In this document: positions 57,814-64,000 of the stretch, in pieces
How the letters are laid out: the number at the start of each line of letters is the position of its first letter
Position numbering within the stretch: position 1 is the first letter of the stretch
Source: Lingula anatina
Taxonomy: Eukaryota > Animalia > Brachiopoda
NCBI GenBank assembly: GCA_051362555.1
Contig: CM120640.1
Location: forward strand, 41,952,788 to 42,016,787
Direction: 5' to 3'
Length of the DNA: 64,000 bases
Position numbers and translations under genes: made by a program
The notes under the pieces: model-generated
The model's input: the letters and a program-made list of their open reading frames with translations, nothing else
Databases searched by the model: none
What the model was told of the DNA's origin: nothing

Positions 57814-58726
57814 TCATACTCTTGGCTGATTTAATCAGTTCTCGTTCCAGTTCAAGAAGAAAAAATCACCCAAGACATAGATACAGAGCTTTTGCTTGCA
57901 TGCCCTGGGTGAGTATACTGGCACATTCTGGTGGAACCAAATTTTTCAACAAGAAATAAAAAATTCAATAACATGTCACAAAGACAATGCGATATTACAT
58001 TTGATTGACCCTCTTCACTTAACTTCAGTGCTTCTATGTTGAACATGGTATGGTGGGTAAATGGCAGCCGCTATATCCCAGTGCTTGAGGTACAAAACAG
58101 GACAGAAGGGAGAGTAGAAATCACTGTTCTAAACCAGCTGGTTATTCATAAACTTAATGGATATGACACATTAAATCCATTCACTTGTTATGTTGAACAA
58201 AGAGAAAAAAAGAAATTTATTATAAAAGGTAAGGCATACAAAAATTCTTAATTGAATCAATATTGTGATTTCATTAGTCTTGTATGCTTTAATGTAAACT
58301 TGTCTACAAGAAAGAATCCATATAAAAAGCCAGGAAAAACGCTACCATGCATAAAAATGATATGCTTATCATTCTCCATGTGATAATAATTTTAAAATTT
58401 ATGACATTTTTTTTCTTCCAGTTAATTTCAAGAAACTCCATATAATTCGTAAGTATCCATATATCAGCTTTACATTCTTGATATAAATTACGCATTGTTC
58501 ACATTTGTTAATAGATTTTAGCTCACAGCTACTGTTCCAATATTATCCATTATCTTTCAGGCATGAAGATAACCACCATTTCTTATCTATTTTTTTTGTT
58601 GTATATTTTGCAGATTTTGTAGAGAATCTCAAGCAAATAGGCATTACATTTTGCCTGAATTTCTTGCTATTTATCCTTGTCCTCATCATAAAACACAAGC
58701 AGAGGATGTCTCAGCCAACAAAATGA
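52925..58726 (+). CDS. FAM187A: FAM187A-like Ig V-type domain-containing type I membrane protein (~497 aa)
   Basis: 13 exons: 52925-52976, 53269-53406, 54015-54132, 54461-54648, 54941-55072, 55929-55961, 56132-56182, 56648-56734, 57077-57259, 57493-57633, 57851-57908, 58029-58228, 58614-58726 (1494 nt, in frame). Signal peptide MNFALTFLLFLSVA; Ig1 LCHFC...W...SLII...DAGTYYC; FTSWAKWSECSTCGRHGERKRIGIC...RCTLPC block characteristic of FAM187; Ig2 LACPG...VWW...FTC; C-terminal TM IGITFCLNFLLFILVLII followed by KHK. Confidence 0.8.
54756..54813 (+). other. 23-bp stem hairpin in an intron of the FAM187A-like gene
   Basis: TATCTATTCTCAGGGTCATTGAA pairs with TTCAGTGACCCTGAGGATAGATA with only two U-G wobbles. 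Confidence 0.8.
57762..57810. repeat. (GA)n microsatellite
   Basis: Seen directly. Confidence 0.92.
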
Positions 58727-59496
58727 AGAAAAACCAGAACTTGAAAGATTTAAATATTGTGGAAAAACCAGTGACTGATTGCACTTTATATAATACTCGA
58801 GGGCTGTAGTCAGCAATTTCAAAGAGGGGGTTCTTTTTCAGAAAATGTGGACCTTTTGCCGTGAACCTTCATGTACCAAGGTCAAGTTTTAGTCAAAGCA
58901 GACCTTCTCCCAGCTAAAAAGGGTGGTTCTTTTGCCCCCTACCCCCCAAGTAAAACATGTAATAGTGGGTAAATAAAAGATATTCCAAATAAAAATATTA
59001 CAGTATTTTTATCTGCCACAAAAATTTTGAGTTTCATGAATATTTCTTTGATTATGAAACCACTACAACAAATGATAATGCTAAACAGTTTATTGCCATT
59101 TACATTTGTGGGAGCTTTTTTTATGAAAAATAATAATCAAAATTATCTATTTCTTTGGAATTTAGTATTTATCATAACTAGAGCTATCACACATTGTTCC
59201 TGCATGCAAAATAGGAACAAATGATCATTATCAAATCAATTCACTGTATCATATATGTAATATATTTGATAATTACACAAGCTACTACTACATTTATCTG
59301 GTTTATCTCCGAGTCAATATATTTTGGTGAGAGTGTAAAACTATTAACCTTGTAAACCAACATTTTATAAAATTTTAATGAAAGAGGATAATGGCAAAGG
59401 GACCTAAATACACAAACGCCTTGGTGGGTGGGTAACTAAAATACATAAATGGACTCTCCTTTGCCTTTCATGTTGCTACTGTAACAATAATCCTTT

Positions 59497-59553
59497 TGTG
59501 TGTCATATATGAGATGTGTGTCATATATGATATGTGTGTCATATATGAGATGT
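59497..59553. repeat. 18-bp minisatellite x3 (TGTGTGTCATATATGA(G/T)A)
   Basis: Seen directly. Confidence 0.85.
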
Positions 59554-61171
59554 TTTTCAAACATATCTGCATTACTGCATTATCGCTGTTGAAGACATAT
59601 ATGCACCAGTATAAAATTTAAAGTCAGAGAAGTGAAGAATATCCAAAGGACAGGTGGATTATATAATACAATTTATCTGACTGCTAAAATATTATACTTT
59701 CGATCCAACTACTACACAACAAATAACATACACTATAAATGTGCAAACCATAAAGTAATTTTAAAGCATGGAGAAGCAGACTGTTAGCAATACTTTGTAG
59801 ATACACTTTATACAAATTCTTCACTGAACATTTGCTGGCGAAACAATAGTGCAGGCTTTAACTTTGAAAAACCTGACAGACATTTTCCAACTGTGTCCCC
59901 TAATGTAGGGTTACCCAGAAAAATCAATAATTCTTTCATATTGTAATGCACTGGTTCAAGACTTGGAACTAACTACCAGGTTCTTTTCATGAGAAAGAAA
60001 TGCATTGTGATTAACAATAGCACGTAGCATGAGATCAACTAACTTGTGTTTGCGGCTTTCTGATTCTTTGTGTCACTATGGCATAAATAACCAAATGAGG
60101 TCAGTATGATGTAGAATACAGTGAGCACATGCTCCTACTTCATAAGCTTTAGACATAACTCCCCCTCCTTCGCTGTCAAAAAATGAACAAACTGAGATAA
60201 AACCAAGCAAATGTTGTCCATGACCTAAATATAACACTCAAATTGTCCTTGCCCACTTTTTTTAGAACTGCTGAGAAAAGCAAGGTATGCTAATTCATCC
60301 TCAGCATCAGTAGAATGCTGTTTTTACAGTAACAATGCTTCATTATAATGACTTGATAACAGGAATGTCACACTACTTGATTTCATTTGATCTGAACAGA
60401 GAAAATTATAACAACATTCATCCAATGACAAATAATTATCCTTACTCTAAAGCTACAACATAAGGCCTGAGACCCAGATCTTCACACAAGACCTGTTATT
60501 TTACTTCAAATCTAGGACTTGAAGGATTAACAAACTGACAACTCCCAAAAAGATATTTTTCAGTAATGAAAGCACCAGAGTGCCTCAGTGCCACTGATAT
60601 AATTTATGTAAATTATGTGAGTGAGTAAAATACTTTCAATTATAATAGTGGTCCTGGCATGTCTCAGACAGCAAAATATCCAAATAATAGTAGAGGTTTT
60701 AAATGCCTCAAAAGACTTGACATATATTAAAAAAACATATGCAACAATGAACTTATGAGATAATCAACTTCACAGAAACCACCATTCTGGGCTCCTCACA
60801 AACTTATCTCAGAACTTAAACACACTCAAAAGCTTTGTCTCCAGAAAGCAATGCAACTTAACTGTTATATGTAATAAGTGACATCAAACTGAAGCTGCTA
60901 GATAGCCATTATTATAACCATTAGTTCATTTTACAAAGCCAGAGATGCTGAAAATGACAAATGGATTTCTTGATGAAGCATTCAAATATGAGTGAATTAT
61001 GATGTAAATTGCATCACTGATATGTTTTAATTGCAAAATTTATGCATCATCAAAATATCATTATCATTATGTTGAATAGTCAAGAAAACAACCCTTTACA
61101 TATATATCAAACAAATAGCCAACACATCACCCAATTATCAATTTTCTTAAGTGGCTATTGGACTGTGGTTG

Positions 61172-64000
61172 TCAGCCCTTTAGCTCTGCTATTTTTTCAT
61201 GCAGCTCGTCGGCATCCTCTGCAGTTTTCACTCTGATCAGCATCATTGTGGGTTTACTGTCAGTGACCTTGGGGTCAATGGGTGGATTAGGAATACACAT
61301 CATTGTCACATTGTTTTTACCTTGCCGTCTCACTGGCATGGACGATGTCAGCATGATGTTCAACAGGATGTTACCTGGAAGTGTAGAAAGTCAAGTATAA
61401 GAAATCTTGCTTTTAGATCTGGGATAAAAATAACACGATTCCAAAAAAGGCATGGATCTAATTTTTATGAACATTTTCAGTATATAAGAGGCCACTTCCT
61501 GATAAGGCAAGGTCTGATAAATAGAACTGAAATATATGATGTGATTTATTATTATTATATAACTGGTATAGACTACAATATTATATCTGGGGATTTGCTG
61601 TGATAAAACTACATCTACTTCCCTGACATCTTCAAAAACATTATCTACCTCCCTGCCATCATCAAAAAAAAAAAACATGGTCTACCTTTGACGCCTTCCA
61701 CCATTGTTACCAGCCAAACACGCCTGATGACTTAACATTGACAAAAGTCAAGCCGTCACCATCAATAAAATTTGAAAATTTGTTTTCCATTTGCTTCAGA
61801 TATATTTGTGGAATAATTACACCATATTAAATTATATGATAAAACAGGAAACTGCTATATGTAACATCCTATGTGTGTCTGGTCTAAGTGAAATTGCTTT
61901 GCAATAATACAACAATAATCAAAACGGTTATAAAGCAGATAGCACTCACCTAGACTGGTATCCGCTCTCACGATAAGCTGTGTTTTGCCATCAGAAGACT
62001 TGAGATGCAGATTACCCACTCCCTTTTCAACCCAAGTGCTGTCTTTTTGGTAAAACAACTTGCACCTGAAGTATACAAGAACAGGTTGAAAATATGTCTG
62101 TATCAGAAAAATCTGTTTTCCTTTTCTGTTTCACAGTCTTGTTATTGTACACAAGCATCTTAAGTAAAGTTTGTACTTAAATGCCCTTGAATAAGATCAA
62201 TTCTGAAGAACTCCAACTCTATGCCCACTCTTTTCTGCATACTTCACTTCTCCTCTACATATTTCACATTTATTACTTTTATTTTATCCCATCTCTTTTC
62301 CTCATCCTCATATTTTCTATCAGTACTGACATGACAACGTCAATGAATATGCCACACACCTTTTTGTATACAATGCTCCTTCCTCTTCTACTTGCTTCAC
62401 TTCTGCTTTAGGTGGAACATACTCCTCTTCTTCACCATCTCCCCCTGTCTCTCCCCCAGAACCATCTAAACAAAAGATATTTTCAGTTTTAGCCACTGAG
62501 ACATATTTTCATGTATGTGCCATCATTTTTTTTAAACAAAAGAAATGCCTTTTATTTTCCTAAACCACATAGCTCTGTCCGTAAAATTTGAGGTGCATCA
62601 ACAAATCATTCATAACTGAAACTACTTCTTTCTCATTCGAAATCACTTTCAATGATTTTAGAAAATGCTGATGAATCATAACATAACTTTAGTTAAAATA
62701 TTCTACACAAAAGATGAAATAAACCACTGCTTAACTTATTGTGTTGTAAGTTATGATAACTATACCTTGGTGCAGAACAATAAAACAAACCTTTTCCAGT
62801 GGACTCTGTGGGTTTATTGACAGCAAATGAGAAGGGCTGTAACCCTGATCCAAATACTGAGGTAGTACTACTTCCAAATATTGAGCCACCTGTTTTTGTA
62901 GCTTTTGCATCACTCTCTACTCCAAAGCTGAATGCTGGTTTGGGCTGTGAATCCTTGGTAGCATCAGGTGGGGACACACCAAATGTAAATCCACCAAAAG
63001 TGGGCTTCTTTTCCTCTACAAAGAGAATAACTTGGCATGCATCAAATATGTATCTGTTCGGTATTCATACATATAACTATTTATGTAATTCATTTAAATG
63101 TCAAATAAACAATTGTATGTATCAGTGGTTGTATTATCTGATTAATGGTTCAATGCATTGCCACCTATATATTTAAGTAGTTACACTAACATTGAGTAGT
63201 GAATCTCTAACACACTCAATAGTGTAAGTACACGATGTCAGCAGTGATCATATGACTTTCGCAGTTTATGGCTTGGCCGAGTTCCAATGGTAGATAGGAT
63301 AAGAATATTTCGTTTAAGTCAGATGTGCAGGGGCATACGTGTAGTACTCAATATCGTTTCACTAAATGAATTAAAGCTGCTGTGCTAGTTGTTTGTCTTA
63401 AAAGACAAATCTGAAAACCAAATACTTCACTTATGCATACATGGGTATTTGAAATGAAAGTCATTTACAACAAATAGGCAAATGAACCTTTTGAAAGATA
63501 TTTGAATTTTGGTCGTGAGTCATTTTTACATAAAAAGGGACTAAAAAATTACTTTTCCCATTCATTTTCACCTACCTTTCTCTTCAGTTTGTGGTACTAC
63601 AGTAACAGTTGATTTTTCTTCCTTTTTGTCCTGCAGTGAAAGTTTAGCATCTTCTTCACTAGCTTCTTCTTTAGCTTCATCTGGGTATTTCTTCTCAACT
63701 TCAGCTAAATGTTTCTCATAATCTTTGAATATTGGAGTCAGGATGCAGTATGGGTTCTTTTCCACGTGCTGCTGGACCCAGCGAGCAAGACTCTCATTAA
63801 GATTCTTTAAAAGTTTAAGATACTCTCGACGAGGCAACTTGGCTTTTGATTTGCTGGCATCTCCACCATTTGAGTCATTAGATTTCTCTGCAGCTACAGA
63901 AATCTTATCAGGATTTTCACTCGACTTAGTGCTTTTAGCTCCATTTGATAAACCAGTCAGTGGTTTACTGCCAAAACTGAAAGCTGGTGCCTCAGGACCC
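61172..64000 (-). CDS. NUP50: Nuclear pore complex protein Nup50, 3' portion (5' end outside window)
   Basis: Exons (minus) 63576->64000, 62791-63015, 62360-62465, 61950-62065, 61172-61374. Conserved LKNLNESLARWVQQHVEKNPYCILTPIFKDYEKHL, FSFG/FTFG repeats, and C-terminal Ran-binding domain CKLFYQKD...EKGVGNLHLK...QLIVRADTSLGNILLNI...LIRVKTAEDADEL. Confidence 0.94.

Noticed and set aside
59900-61170. Possible extra gene between FAM187A-like and NUP50
   Set aside because: No coherent ORF or exon chain; most simply the NUP50 3'UTR and intergenic DNA.

Overview
AT-rich, intron-containing animal genomic DNA, probably a lophotrochozoan or mollusc (inferred from the proteins and repeat types; not provable here). 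I built five spliced protein-coding models by hand from splice sites and reading-frame continuity. RPS12 (+, 8672-10704) carries an intronic H/ACA snoRNA candidate matching the 18S Psi1445/SNORA67 target. A 28-exon, ~2128-aa FASN-like megasynthase (+, 17987-36823; KS-AT-DH-pseudoMT-ER-KR-ACP) keeps all catalytic motifs but stops right after the ACP, so it has NO thioesterase. The other three are a tetraspanin (-, 40709-49601), a FAM187A-like two-Ig membrane protein (+, 52925-58726) head-to-head with it, and the 3' part of NUP50 (-, 61172-64000). Non-coding space holds many non-autonomous transposons (Helentron/HINE with a 162-bp satellite core, inverted Tc1 remnants, EnSpm-, Harbinger- and P-like elements, an RTE fragment) and possibly a spliced non-coding transcript divergent from RPS12. 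The most interesting item is the TE-less animal FAS-like synthase, whose product and release mechanism cannot be read from the sequence. Exon coordinates are manual and unverified by RNA data.
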